Shown: one piece after another, positions 1 to 9,242 of the stretch
Numbering within the stretch: the first letter of the stretch is position 1
Layout of the letters: the number at the start of each line of letters is the position of its first letter
NCBI RefSeq assembly: GCF_041907885.1
Contig: NZ_JAYRGM010000009.1
Span: forward strand, 6,176-70,175
Reading direction: 5' to 3'
Origin: Desulfovibrio sp.
Lineage (GTDB): Bacteria; Desulfobacterota; Desulfovibrionia; Desulfovibrionales; Desulfovibrionaceae
Length of the DNA: 64,000 nucleotides
Made by a program: the position numbers and the translations under genes
The notes under the pieces: generated by a model
Told to the model about the DNA's origin: nothing
What the model saw: the letters and a program-made list of their open reading frames with translations, nothing else
Database searches by the model: none

Positions 1-803
1 CCCAGCTGCGCGCAGACGGCATCGGTCAGTTCTGCCTGCGGCAGATACACGTTGCCGTCATCTGTGGCCTTTTGCAGTACGTAGAGCGTGCCTGCCTGAA
101 CGCGCAGCGGGTTGTCGTGCTCAAAGCCCAGTTTGGAGGCGGCGGCATCTGCGGTGACAAAACCTATGCCGTGGATGTCCATGGCAAGGCGGTAGGGGTT
201 CTCGCGCACAATGGCGAGGGCCTCGGTCCCATAGGCCCTGTAGATGCGCACGGCATAGGCCGGAGTAATGCCGTGGGGTTGCAGAAAAAGCAGCAGGTCG
301 CGCATGCCACGGTGCTCTGCCCACGAGGTGCGGATGCGGTCGAGGCTTTTGCTGCCCACGCCGCGCACCTTGAGCAGACGTTCGGGCTCTTCATCGAGAA
401 TGCGTATGGTGTCTGTGCCAAAGGCCTCAACAATGCGCCCGGCCATTTCTTCGCCAACGCCCTTGATAAGGCCAGAGGCGAGGTACAGGCGAATGCCCTC
501 GCTGGTGGCGGGCAGCTTCTCTTCGGCATTCTGAAACTCGATCTGACGGCCAAATTTGGGGTTGTTGACCCACCGCCCGGAAACTTTGAGCTGCACCCCC
601 GCCTGCGGATTGACCATGTGCCCGATGCACGAGACCGGATCTCGCGGGCGGGTAAGGCCCGCGCTGCCGTTGCCGCTGTTTACGCTGGCGGGCAACAGGC
701 GCAGTACGGTGTAGCCGTTTTCTTCATTGTGGAAGACCACGCGTTCGACCGTGCCGGTAAGCTCAACAGCTTCAGGGTCTTGCAGAAGGGGCAGATTGTT
801 CAT
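1..803 (-). CDS. recD2: RecD2-type SF1 DNA helicase, N-terminal part (gene runs off the window start)
   Basis: Not in the ORF track because no stop lies in the window. Manual minus-strand translation from ATG 803-801 gives MNNLPLLQDPEAVELTGTVERVVFHNEENGYTVLRLLPAS... followed by helix-hairpin-helix-like VRGVGSKSLDRI, typical of RecD2 N-termini. The + ORF 72..902 is its antisense shadow. The ATG overlaps the upstream stop (ATGA). Confidence 0.7.
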   Translation of the reverse strand, partial: MNNLPLLQDPEAVELTGTVERVVFHNEENGYTVLRLLPASVNSGNGSAGLTRPRDPVSCIGHMVNPQAGVQLKVSGRWVNNPKFGRQIEFQNAEEKLPATSEGIRLYLASGLIKGVGEEMAGRIVEAFGTDTIRILDEEPERLLKVRGVGSKSLDRIRTSWAEHRGMRDLLLFLQPHGITPAYAVRIYRAYGTEALAIVRENPYRLAMDIHGIGFVTADAAASKLGFEHDNPLRVQAGTLYVLQKATDDGNVYLPQAELTDAVCAQL

Positions 804-1111
804 GGATGCGGTTTGCCCTTGTTGGCGGGGTTTGCGGCCGCCTTGCGCTGGCGCGACCACCAGAACCAGTCGCACTGTTCGGCTGGCAGCTGCGGGTTTT
901 GAGCCTGGGCCACAGCGCAACAGAATACGTCAAGGCAGCATATGTCCACGGTCTGCCCCTTGATGCGGCACAGGTCATTGTACAGGGTCTGCGGGTTGCG
1001 GCGGGCAAGTTCCTGCATGTCAGCAACCCCTAGCTGGCGCAGATCTTCGCGGGTTGCCGGGCCTACGGAACGCAGGGCGCTCAGGGGGCGGGCATCCAGC
1101 TTGGTGCTCAC
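800..1111 (-). CDS. small helix-hairpin-helix protein (Cdd1/pathogenicity-locus-like)
   Basis: 103-aa ORF; LRSVGPATREDLRQLGVADMQELA is HhH-like. 4-nt overlaps with aroC upstream and recD2 downstream suggest one operon. Confidence 0.5.
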   Translation of the reverse strand: MSTKLDARPLSALRSVGPATREDLRQLGVADMQELARRNPQTLYNDLCRIKGQTVDICCLDVFCCAVAQAQNPQLPAEQCDWFWWSRQRKAAANPANKGKPHP

Positions 1112-2205
1112 AGGCCAAGACCCATGCGTTGCTGCAACAGCAGGGCATCGGCCAGCGCCAGGGCCGTCATGGCTTCCAGCACCGGCACAACGCGCGGTAT
1201 GGCAGCAAGGTCGTGCCGTCCGCCAATAAGAACGGATGCGGCATTGCCCTCTTTGTCCACGGTTTGCTGGGTAACCGCGATGGAGGCGATGGGTTTGACG
1301 GCGGCGTGCATGATAATGGTCTGGCCGCTGGAAATACCGCCCAGAATGCCGCCCGCGTGGTTGGAGGCAAAGGTGGCCTTGCCGGGTTGGGGCGGGTCGG
1401 TGGGGAGCAGGGGGTCGTTGTTCTGCGAACCGTGCAGCTTGGCCGCGCCAAAGCCCTCGCCCACAGAGAAGCCCTTTACCGCGCCAATGCTCATTATGGC
1501 GTGGGCCAGCACGGCTTCAAGCTTGTCAAACACGGGTTCGCCAAGGCCAGCGGGCACATTGCGGGCCTCGATGCGCACAATGCCGCCCAGAGTGTCGCCA
1601 GCCTTGCGGGCTGCCAGCACCACCTGATCCCACAGCTGGGGCATGGCCTCGGTGGCGGCGCAGTAGGGGCGGTTACGGGCGTTTTCCAGATCAAGGGCAG
1701 CCCAGTCCTGCACGGCTGTGCCGCCCAGCTCCACACAGGCAGCCATGATTTTTACGCCACGGCGTTCGAGTATCTTGCGGGCAATAACGCCGCCAGCCAC
1801 GCGGGCTGCGGTTTCTCGTCCAGATGAGCGGCCGCCGCCACGGTGGTCGCGTATGCCGTTGTACTTCTGAAAATATCCCCAGTCTGCGTGCCCGGGGCGA
1901 AACACTTCGGCCAGGTTGCCGTAGTCGTGCGAGCGCTGGTCTTCGTTGGCGATGTAAAAGGCAATGGATGTGCCCGTGGTCAGCCCCTCGTACACGCCGG
2001 AGAGCAGACGCACGGTGTCTGATTCCTTGCGCTTTGTGGCGGTGGGCCCCTGGCCGGGCTTGCGGCGGTCAAGCTCGGCCTGGATGTCGGCCTCTGTGAG
2101 GTGCAGGCCCGCAGGGCAGCCGTCTATGACGCCGCCAAGGCCCACGCCGTGGGATTCGCCGAATGTTGTGAGCCGCAGGGCCTGTCCGAATGTATTGCCA
2201 GCCAT
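1108..2205 (-). CDS. aroC: chorismate synthase
   Basis: MAGNTFGQALRLTTFGESHGVGLGGVIDGCPAG... is the canonical AroC N-terminus. The track ORF (to 2394) is an upstream in-frame extension; I place the start at ATG 2205. Confidence 0.93.
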   Translation of the reverse strand: MAGNTFGQALRLTTFGESHGVGLGGVIDGCPAGLHLTEADIQAELDRRKPGQGPTATKRKESDTVRLLSGVYEGLTTGTSIAFYIANEDQRSHDYGNLAEVFRPGHADWGYFQKYNGIRDHRGGGRSSGRETAARVAGGVIARKILERRGVKIMAACVELGGTAVQDWAALDLENARNRPYCAATEAMPQLWDQVVLAARKAGDTLGGIVRIEARNVPAGLGEPVFDKLEAVLAHAIMSIGAVKGFSVGEGFGAAKLHGSQNNDPLLPTDPPQPGKATFASNHAGGILGGISSGQTIIMHAAVKPIASIAVTQQTVDKEGNAASVLIGGRHDLAAIPRVVPVLEAMTALALADALLLQQRMGLGL

Positions 2206-2384
2206 GTGTACCTCGCCTTCGTTGCAGCCGCGCCGGAGCGGAGCGGTCAGGTGGCACAGTATAGGCAAGGGCGGGGCTGCTTGCAACTTGTATGGGCAGG
2301 CAGCCGTATGGGCAGACAGTAACAGGGGCAGGCAGATGCTTGCGGCATGCATGGGCAGACGAAAGCCAGGGACAGACGGCGCGG

Positions 2385-2430
2385 GAAAAAACAAGGGGCA
2401 GAAAACCCCACAAGGAGTTTTCTGCCCCTT
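2385..2430 (-). terminator. intrinsic terminator after metK
   Basis: Minus strand: AAGGGGCAGAAAAC...GTTTTCTGCCCCTT hairpin followed by GTTTTTTCCC. Confidence 0.7.
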
Positions 2431-2454
2431 AAAAGGGCAAGTATGCGCAGTGCG

Positions 2455-3627
2455 CTAAATCTTGGCGGCAGTGCGCAGATCGTCCACAGCGTCGGTTTTT
2501 TCCCACGAGAATTCGGGCAGTTCGCGGCCAAAGTGGCCGTAGCACGAAGACTTCTGGTAGATGGGGCGCTTGAGGTCGAGGCGCTTGCTGATGAAGTAGG
2601 GGCGCAGATCAAAAACTTCGCGCACGGCCTTGGTGAGCTGTTCGTCAGAAAGCTCGCTGGTTCCCTGCGAGGAGACAAGCACGCTCACGGGCTGGGCCAC
2701 GCCGATGCAATAGGCAATCTGCACTTCGCACACCGGGGCAAGTCCTGCCGCGACCACGTTCTTGGCGATGTAGCGGCCCATGTATGCGCCGGAACGGTCA
2801 ACCTTGGAGGGGTCTTTGCCAGAAAACGCGCCGCCGCCGTGGTGGCCGCTGCCGCCGTAGGTGTCCTGAATGATCTTGCGGCCAGTGAGACCGCAGTCGC
2901 CCATGGGGCCACCCACCACAAAACGGCCCGTGGTGTTGATGAAAATTTCGCAGGCCTTTTCATCAAAATAGCCGGAGGGGCCCAGAATGGGACGGATGAC
3001 GTGTTCTTTCACGGCATCGGCCACATCGGCCTGGCTGGCGCTGGCGGCGTGCTGGGTAGAGACCACCACGTTGTTGATGCGCACGGGCTTGCCGTCCTGA
3101 TATTCAAAAGAAACCTGGGTCTTGCCGTCGGGGCGGAAAATGTCCACCGTGCCGTCCTTGCGCACCTTGGCCAGCTGCTGCGAGAGCTGGTGGGCCCAGT
3201 AAATGGGGGCGGGCATAAGGGTGGAGGTTTCGTTGCAGGCAAAGCCGAACATCATGCCCTGGTCGCCTGCGCCCTGATCTTCGGGCTTTTCGCGCACAAC
3301 GCCCTGGGCGATGTCGGGCGACTGACGGCCAATGGCGTTGATGACGGCGCAGGTCTGCCAGTCAAAGCCCATTTCCGAGCTGTTGTAGCCAATGCCCTTG
3401 ATGGTTTCACGCACAACCTGGGGCAGATCGGCGTAGCCGCTGGTGGTGATTTCGCCAGCGATAACGGCCATGCCGGTGGTGACCAGTGTTTCGCACGCCA
3501 CGTGGGCGTTGGCGTCCTGGGCCAGCAGGGTGTCGAGAATGGCGTCAGAAATCTGGTCGGCAACCTTGTCGGGATGGCCTTCGGTGACAGACTCAGACGT
3601 AAAAAAATACTTGCCCTTGGTTTGCAT
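2455..3627 (-). CDS. metK: S-adenosylmethionine synthetase
   Basis: [32 protein letters not shown]... and [16 protein letters not shown] motifs. Start chosen at MQTKG (3627). Confidence 0.95.
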   Translation of the reverse strand: MQTKGKYFFTSESVTEGHPDKVADQISDAILDTLLAQDANAHVACETLVTTGMAVIAGEITTSGYADLPQVVRETIKGIGYNSSEMGFDWQTCAVINAIGRQSPDIAQGVVREKPEDQGAGDQGMMFGFACNETSTLMPAPIYWAHQLSQQLAKVRKDGTVDIFRPDGKTQVSFEYQDGKPVRINNVVVSTQHAASASQADVADAVKEHVIRPILGPSGYFDEKACEIFINTTGRFVVGGPMGDCGLTGRKIIQDTYGGSGHHGGGAFSGKDPSKVDRSGAYMGRYIAKNVVAAGLAPVCEVQIAYCIGVAQPVSVLVSSQGTSELSDEQLTKAVREVFDLRPYFISKRLDLKRPIYQKSSCYGHFGRELPEFSWEKTDAVDDLRTAAKI

Positions 3628-3666
3628 ATGAATCTCCTTGGGCGCTCGCGTCAATGCGGCGCGGGT

Positions 3667-4515
3667 TTATGAACGGAGCAGAATATTGTCGATAAGCCGG
3701 GCCTTGCCCAGGCGCACGGCGCAGGCCATAAGCGCAGGGCCGGTTACCTCGGTAAGCGGAACCATGGATTCGGGGTGGACAATGCTGAGGTAGTCGAGCC
3801 GACCAAGGGGCAAAAATTCTGCCCAGCGGCGCAACACGGCCTCGCGCAGCAGTTTGACGCTGGTTTCACCGCTCTGCGCCAGTTTTTGGGCGTAGAGCAG
3901 AGCCTTGCGGATTTCCGGGGCGCGGGCGCGTTCGTCTGTGCTCAGGTACACATTGCGCGAGGAAAGGGCCAGGCCGTCAGCTTCTCGCACGGTTTCGCGG
4001 GTTTCAATGCGCACGGGCACATCAAGGTCGCGCACCATGCGGCGCAAAATGGCCTGCTGCTGCCAGTCCTTCTGGCCAAACACGGCCACATCTGCCTGGG
4101 TGAGCATAAAGAGCTTGAGCACCACCGTACACACACCCCTGAAATGCACCGGGCGCGAAAGGCCGCACAGCCCACGGGAGAGATCGGGAACTTCCACCCA
4201 TGTGCCGTGGTCGGGCGCGTACATTGCACCCGGCTCTGGCATGAAGAGCGCGTCAGCACCCTGGCTGCGGGCCACCTCAGCGTCGCGTTCCGGGTTTCTG
4301 GGATAGGCCTCCAGGTCTTCGCCGGGGCCAAACTGGGTGGGGTTGACAAAAAGGCTTACCACCAGGCGTTTGGCCTGGGTGCGGGCAAAGGCCATAAGGT
4401 CTTCATGTCCCTGATGGTAATAGCCCATGGTAGGAACCAGAGCGATATCGTCTCCGGCTCTGTGCCAGGCCTTGCATTGGGCCGCCAGTTCTGTGGGGTT
4501 TGTTAATATCTGCAT
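3667..4515 (-). CDS. panC: pantoate--beta-alanine ligase
   Basis: LVPTMGYYHQGHEDLM, FVNPTQFGPGEDL and FGQKDWQQ motifs. Start placed at MQILTNP (4515); the track ORF is an in-frame upstream extension. Confidence 0.9.
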   Translation of the reverse strand: MQILTNPTELAAQCKAWHRAGDDIALVPTMGYYHQGHEDLMAFARTQAKRLVVSLFVNPTQFGPGEDLEAYPRNPERDAEVARSQGADALFMPEPGAMYAPDHGTWVEVPDLSRGLCGLSRPVHFRGVCTVVLKLFMLTQADVAVFGQKDWQQQAILRRMVRDLDVPVRIETRETVREADGLALSSRNVYLSTDERARAPEIRKALLYAQKLAQSGETSVKLLREAVLRRWAEFLPLGRLDYLSIVHPESMVPLTEVTGPALMACAVRLGKARLIDNILLRS

Positions 4516-4655
4516 ATCAAGGTATTGTGATATTGTTTGTGAAGGAACATATATACACGGGTGCGCCCCGCTTGTAAAGAAGGGCCCCGTGGGGAACATC
4601 TGCCCGTGCCGGGCGGAGTGCTTGACCCTGCCTGTTGCTGTGGGCATAACAGGCG

Positions 4656-5237
4656 ATGGGGGTATACATGCTGAAACCGTTTTATCAGGGCAAACTGGAT
4701 ACATTCTGCGCCATTTACGCAGTGCTCAACGGCTTGCGGCTGACCCACAATATTCGTGTGCTCAAGGCGCGTGATATTCTCAATGAAACGCTGATGGGCC
4801 TGGCGGCATCGCCCGATGCCTTTCGTGCGGTGCTGGAACAGGAAACAGACTATTGCGGCCTTGTGGACGGCATGCTGCGCGTTCAGAGCCGCTCTTTTCC
4901 GCTTGAGGTGCGTCAGCCGTTTACGGACGAGGACGATCCCTCGGTAGAACAGGTGTGGGAATGCTGCCGTACATGGCTTGCCCCCGGTAGCGGGCGCGCC
5001 GTCATATTCCGTTTTATGCGCCACCTCACCCCTGACGGCCCGCCAGTGAACAGGCACTGGACCACGGCTGATTCTCTTGCCAACGACGTGCTGCATCTTT
5101 TTGATTGCAGCCACGAGGCCGAGGCCATCCTGAACGTGCGCAAAGACAGTTTTGTGACCCGCGCAAACGATATCTGCGAGGGAAAGCTGTTGCATATCCA
5201 GCCGTATACCATGCGCCTGCTGCGCCTGCCTTTTTAG
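4656..5237 (+). CDS. hypothetical protein, possible papain-fold (C39/BtrH-like) cysteine peptidase or acyltransferase
   Basis: Coding-like GC3. Q-x6-C near the N-terminus (YQGKLDTFCAIYAVLNG) and a later HW...D pattern (NRHWTTADSLANDVLHLFD). Alternative start at ATG 4668. Confidence 0.55.
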   Translation: MGVYMLKPFYQGKLDTFCAIYAVLNGLRLTHNIRVLKARDILNETLMGLAASPDAFRAVLEQETDYCGLVDGMLRVQSRSFPLEVRQPFTDEDDPSVEQVWECCRTWLAPGSGRAVIFRFMRHLTPDGPPVNRHWTTADSLANDVLHLFDCSHEAEAILNVRKDSFVTRANDICEGKLLHIQPYTMRLLRLPF

Positions 5238-5317
5238 CGGGCCATTCCAAAAGTCTGTCCGTCACGGGCCATTCTCGCTTCGGTTTTTTGGACCGGGGCA
5301 TTTGTGCGTTGCGCCCC

Positions 5318-5341
5318 AATAAACAAAGCCCCTTGCGGGGC
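5318..5341 (-). terminator. intrinsic terminator downstream of the EAL gene
   Basis: Minus strand: GCCCCGCAAGGGGC followed by TTTGTTTATT. It lies 56 nt after the TGA at 5397-5399, the end of the amber-extended frame. Confidence 0.6.
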
Positions 5342-5396
5342 GGTGCTGAAGCTGCACGGGCAGAACAGAATGGCAATGGGGAAGGCCCGGATGCGG

Positions 5397-5537
5397 TCAG
5401 TATTCCCTGAAGGGGGCCTCGGTGCTGATGGGCAGGCCCAGGCGGATGGCGTCTTCCTTCAGCTTTGGGTGTACCCAGAAGGCCTTTTCCTGCACAAAGC
5501 AGAGAACCTCAAATTCTGCGGTATCCACCGGGCGGGA
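5397..5537 (-). other. in-frame continuation of the EAL domain beyond the amber stop at 5538-5540
   Basis: Same frame after TAG reads SRPVDTAEFEVLCFVQEKAFWVHPKLKEDAIRLGLPISTEAPFREY then TGA. QGFY-[TAG]-SRPV reconstitutes the conserved EAL C-terminal QG[YF]xxS[RK]P motif. Confidence 0.7.
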
Positions 5538-7637
5538 CTAATAAAAACCCTGCGCGCAGTTACAGCCGCTGTTGAGCAGAAAACGTGCGTGTTCCTTGGT
5601 TTCCACGCCTTCAGCCACAATGGTCATGTCCAGATCATGGGCAAGGGCAATGGTGTTGCGGGCCACGATCTGACCGCGACGGTTGGTTGTTCCGTCGCTG
5701 ATAAAGGCCCTGTCGAGCTTTACCACGCTGAAAGGCAGATCGCGCAGGGTGCTCAGGGACGAATACCCTGTGCCAAAATCGTCCATGGAGAACACAAATC
5801 CCGCCGCGCGCAGTTCGTTCATCAGCCGCACCAGACGCGGTTCGTTGGCAAAAAAGGCGCTTTCGGTCAGTTCCAGCTCCAGCATGTGCCGGGGCAGATT
5901 GTATTTGTTCATCAGGCTTACAAGTTTGGCAGGCAGATCATCGTCGTTAAAGTGCAGGCGCGACATGTTCACCGAAATGGGCGTGGGATCGTATTTTTTG
6001 TCCAGCCAGATGCGCAGGGTCTTGCAGGTCTGTTCCCAGATATAGGCGTCAAGTCGCATGATAAAGCCGTTGCGCTCAAAAAGCGGAATAAAACGGCCGG
6101 GCAGGATGAGGCCGTCCGTGGGGTGCTGCCAGCGCACCAGAGCCTCGGCTCCCACAATGCGGCCACTGGAAATCTGCACCTTGGGTTGCAAAAAAAGTCT
6201 GAACTGGTGTTTTTCCAGCGCTTCGTACATCTGGTCTGTGATGTAGCTTTCGTCGTGCAGGCGTTTGCGCAGGGCATCGTCGTAAAAGGCAAAGTTGGTT
6301 ATGTCACTGCCCTTTACGGTTTTTTGTGCCAGATAGGCCCAGTCGCACAGGATATGTGCCGGGGTGCGCGGGTTCTCCACCGGGCAGATGCCAAAAAACA
6401 GTTTGACGCGGAAGGTGTCCGAATAGTGTTCGAGCCGGAGTGAGAGCGCCTGAACAAATTGCAGAGACCGCTCGGAACCGCCCGTAAGACATACTGCGAA
6501 AACATCGGCGGTAAGCCGGGCAAAAATTTCTTTTTCGGCCGTGAGGCGCTGGCGTATGAGGCGGGCTATGCCGCGCAGCAGGCGGTTGCCTTCCTCCAGC
6601 CCAAAAGATTCATTGATGGCCTTGAATCCGGCCACGTCAAAACGCAGTATGCAATACTGCTCATTGGGCCGGTTTTTGATGAGCTTGTCGATTTTTTCAA
6701 AAAACGTTTGCGTGTTGTACGCACCGGTGAGGGGGTCATGCTCGGCGCGCAGGCGCAGGGCCTGCTCGCTGCGGGTGGCGGCGTCCACATCGTTGAGCGT
6801 GCCGATGTAACGGTCGTCCGATTCACCGTCGTCAAGCTTGGTGTAGGTGACCTTGCACCAGATATACTGCCCGTCGCGGCGTCGCAGGCGAACTGTCATT
6901 TCGCCCGATCTGATGCCAAGGGCCAGCCGTGCCAGGCAGGTGTCAAAGGGCTCCATGTCGCCCGTGTAGAGCACGTCGTCCTCACGCCACACGTCAAAAG
7001 GATTGCGGCCATCGTAGTTGCCAGCCAGCAGGTCGGGGATACGCTGGCTGAGGTAGGTGAGGTCGTTGCCGCTCCATTCAAAAACAAGGGTGCGCGTGTG
7101 GTCCACCACGGCCTTGTAGGGCAGGGCGTCGAGCTTCTGCCTTTGCAGAACCTCGTTTTCATGGCTGATCTCGTCTACGGCTTGCGGCTGCTCCAGGTCT
7201 TCGGCGCACACAAGGTACATGTGGCCGCTGCCTTGTTTCAAGGTCGGAAAAACCGTGATACGTACCTGATGGTATGCGCCGTCGAGGGCCTTTATGCGTA
7301 TGCTTTCGGCAGTCAGGGCGGGGGAGGCTGCAAGGCGCTGCTGCAAAATATGGGGTGTCAAAAAACAGGCGAACCGTTGGGCATCGTCTGGGTGTACCAT
7401 GTCCAGTTCTGCACTGATTTTTTCTGACAGCGAAAGTTGCGGGGCCGTGGGAGCAAACTTGGCGGGGTTGTGGTAAACGCTGCTGAAAACATCGGCCTCA
7501 AAATCTATGAGACAGATATCAAAATATCGGCCTTGCAAATCGGCTGAAGAACTGGCCGCCCCGGCAGCGACCGTAGCCTGTCCTCCAGAGGGTAGGCTGG
7601 CTGAATTGTTGGGTTTTGCCGGGGTTTGCATTTTCAT
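5538..7637 (-). CDS. PAS / degenerate GGDEF / EAL c-di-GMP phosphodiesterase, C-terminally truncated by an amber codon
   Basis: EALVRW, DDFGTGYSSL and KLDRAF EAL motifs. The GGDEF position reads RLTADVF (degenerate). The ORF ends at ...CAQGFY*. Confidence 0.85.
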   Translation of the reverse strand: MKMQTPAKPNNSASLPSGGQATVAAGAASSSADLQGRYFDICLIDFEADVFSSVYHNPAKFAPTAPQLSLSEKISAELDMVHPDDAQRFACFLTPHILQQRLAASPALTAESIRIKALDGAYHQVRITVFPTLKQGSGHMYLVCAEDLEQPQAVDEISHENEVLQRQKLDALPYKAVVDHTRTLVFEWSGNDLTYLSQRIPDLLAGNYDGRNPFDVWREDDVLYTGDMEPFDTCLARLALGIRSGEMTVRLRRRDGQYIWCKVTYTKLDDGESDDRYIGTLNDVDAATRSEQALRLRAEHDPLTGAYNTQTFFEKIDKLIKNRPNEQYCILRFDVAGFKAINESFGLEEGNRLLRGIARLIRQRLTAEKEIFARLTADVFAVCLTGGSERSLQFVQALSLRLEHYSDTFRVKLFFGICPVENPRTPAHILCDWAYLAQKTVKGSDITNFAFYDDALRKRLHDESYITDQMYEALEKHQFRLFLQPKVQISSGRIVGAEALVRWQHPTDGLILPGRFIPLFERNGFIMRLDAYIWEQTCKTLRIWLDKKYDPTPISVNMSRLHFNDDDLPAKLVSLMNKYNLPRHMLELELTESAFFANEPRLVRLMNELRAAGFVFSMDDFGTGYSSLSTLRDLPFSVVKLDRAFISDGTTNRRGQIVARNTIALAHDLDMTIVAEGVETKEHARFLLNSGCNCAQGFY

Positions 7638-7814
7638 TCATTTTCGCCTTTCGGCAGCTGACAGGGTAGTAGGGTTGTTCAACAACAGGCTAACGGTAGC
7701 ACCTCAACTATCGTTTTGCAAATTTGTAGATTCCTGTGCCCAGCGCGGGTATGGCGGTTTTGACTCTGCCGGTACGCTGATGACAATCACCCCGACCGCC
7801 TGTATTGTACCCGT

Positions 7815-9140
7815 ATGACAACAGCAAAAATTTCTTCTCTCAAGGTCTGGTCGCTGAGCCTTGGCTGCCCCAAAAACCGTGTGGACAGTGAGCGTCTGCT
7901 TGGGTCGCTGGGTATTGCCGTGCAACATGTGGAACACATGGGCAAGGCCCGCCTGGTTTTTATAAACACCTGCGGCTTTATTGATCCTGCGGTGCGTGAA
8001 TCGGTGCGCGCGGTGGTAGATGCCATACAAAGGCTTGGCAAGTGCAAAACAAAGCCCCTGCTTGCCGTTGGCGGCTGTATGGTGGGGCGTTATGGCGCTG
8101 CGGAGCTGGCGGCAGAGCTGCCAGAGGTGGATGTTTGGCTGCCCACGGCAGACATGGCGCGCTGGCCTGCCACGGTGGCCGCAGCCCTTGGCCTGCCAGA
8201 GCCGCCTGTGCGTATTCCGGGCGGCGGCAGGCTGCTCTCAACCGGCCCTTCGTATGCATGGCTCAAGGTGGGCGAGGGGTGCAGGCACAAGTGTGCGTTC
8301 TGCACCATTCCTTCCATCAGGGGCGGGCTCAAATCGCTTACCGCCGAGGACATTGCCGACGAGGCCAGGGCCTTGCTGGCACAGGGCGTGCGCGAACTCG
8401 ATCTTGTTGCACAAGACCTTACCTCGTGGGGCGTTGATCTGGGCCTCAAGCACGGCCTGCCCAGCCTGCTGGAAAAGCTGGTTGGCCTTGAAGGGCTGGC
8501 TTGGCTGCGTTTGCTCTATCTGTACCCCAGTGGGGTGACGCCAGAGTTGCTGCGTTTTATACGCGATTGCGGCGCGCCCCTGCTGCCGTATCTGGATATT
8601 CCCCTGCAGCATGCGCATACCGATGTGCTTTCGCGCATGGGGCGGCCCTTTGCGGGCGACCCCCGGCGTGTGCTCGACACGGTACGGGCGGTGTTGCCCC
8701 ATGCCGCCTTGCGCACGACCTTTATTGTGGGCTACCCCGGCGAAACCGAGGAGCACTTTGAAGCCCTGTGCCGGTTTGTGGAAGAAAGCCGCTTTCATCA
8801 TGTGGGCGTGTTTGCCTATCAGGCCGAAGAAGGCACCGTGGCGGCCACCCTGCCCGACCAGGTTCCCGATGAGGTCAAACAGTGGCGGCGCGATTCGCTC
8901 ATGGAGATTCAGGCCGATATCAGCAACGAATATCTTGCGTCCCATGTGGGCAGCCGCATGCAGGTGCTGGTGGACGCTCCGCACCCCGACTGGCCGGGTC
9001 TGTACAGCGGCAGGGTATGGTTTCAGACGCCAGAGGTGGACGGCATCACCTATGTGAGCGGGCCGGGCATTGTGCCCGGAGCCCTGGTGGAATGCGATAT
9101 TGTGGAAAATACGGATTACGACCTTACAGCGCTGGCCTGA
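7815..9140 (+). CDS. rimO: ribosomal protein S12 methylthiotransferase (radical SAM, MiaB/RimO family)
   Basis: SLGCPKNRVDSE N-terminal domain, CRHKCAFCTIP radical-SAM CxxxCxxC, C-terminal TRAM-like region, 441 aa. Confidence 0.8.
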   Translation: MTTAKISSLKVWSLSLGCPKNRVDSERLLGSLGIAVQHVEHMGKARLVFINTCGFIDPAVRESVRAVVDAIQRLGKCKTKPLLAVGGCMVGRYGAAELAAELPEVDVWLPTADMARWPATVAAALGLPEPPVRIPGGGRLLSTGPSYAWLKVGEGCRHKCAFCTIPSIRGGLKSLTAEDIADEARALLAQGVRELDLVAQDLTSWGVDLGLKHGLPSLLEKLVGLEGLAWLRLLYLYPSGVTPELLRFIRDCGAPLLPYLDIPLQHAHTDVLSRMGRPFAGDPRRVLDTVRAVLPHAALRTTFIVGYPGETEEHFEALCRFVEESRFHHVGVFAYQAEEGTVAATLPDQVPDEVKQWRRDSLMEIQADISNEYLASHVGSRMQVLVDAPHPDWPGLYSGRVWFQTPEVDGITYVSGPGIVPGALVECDIVENTDYDLTALA

Positions 9141-9172
9141 TCCTGTCATATCTGCGGGTTCAATCCCCATGC

Positions 9173-9210
9173 AAAATATCCCCGAAGGGCGAACCCTTCG
9201 GGGATATTTT
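9173..9210. terminator. bidirectional intrinsic terminator (rimO / flagellin 1)
   Basis: AAAATATCCCCGAAGGG-cgaa-CCCTTCGGGGATATTTT: perfect 14-bp stem with an A-run and a T-run on either side. Confidence 0.85.
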
Positions 9211-9242
9211 GGGAAACGTGCTAGGCACGCCCTCAACCAGCG

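Noticed and set aside
5538-5540. Amber codon as a pyrrolysine site.
   Set aside because: There are no pyl genes, methylamine methyltransferases or other in-frame TAGs in this window. The position normally holds an aromatic or aliphatic residue, so a nonsense mutation or a sequencing error is the simpler explanation.
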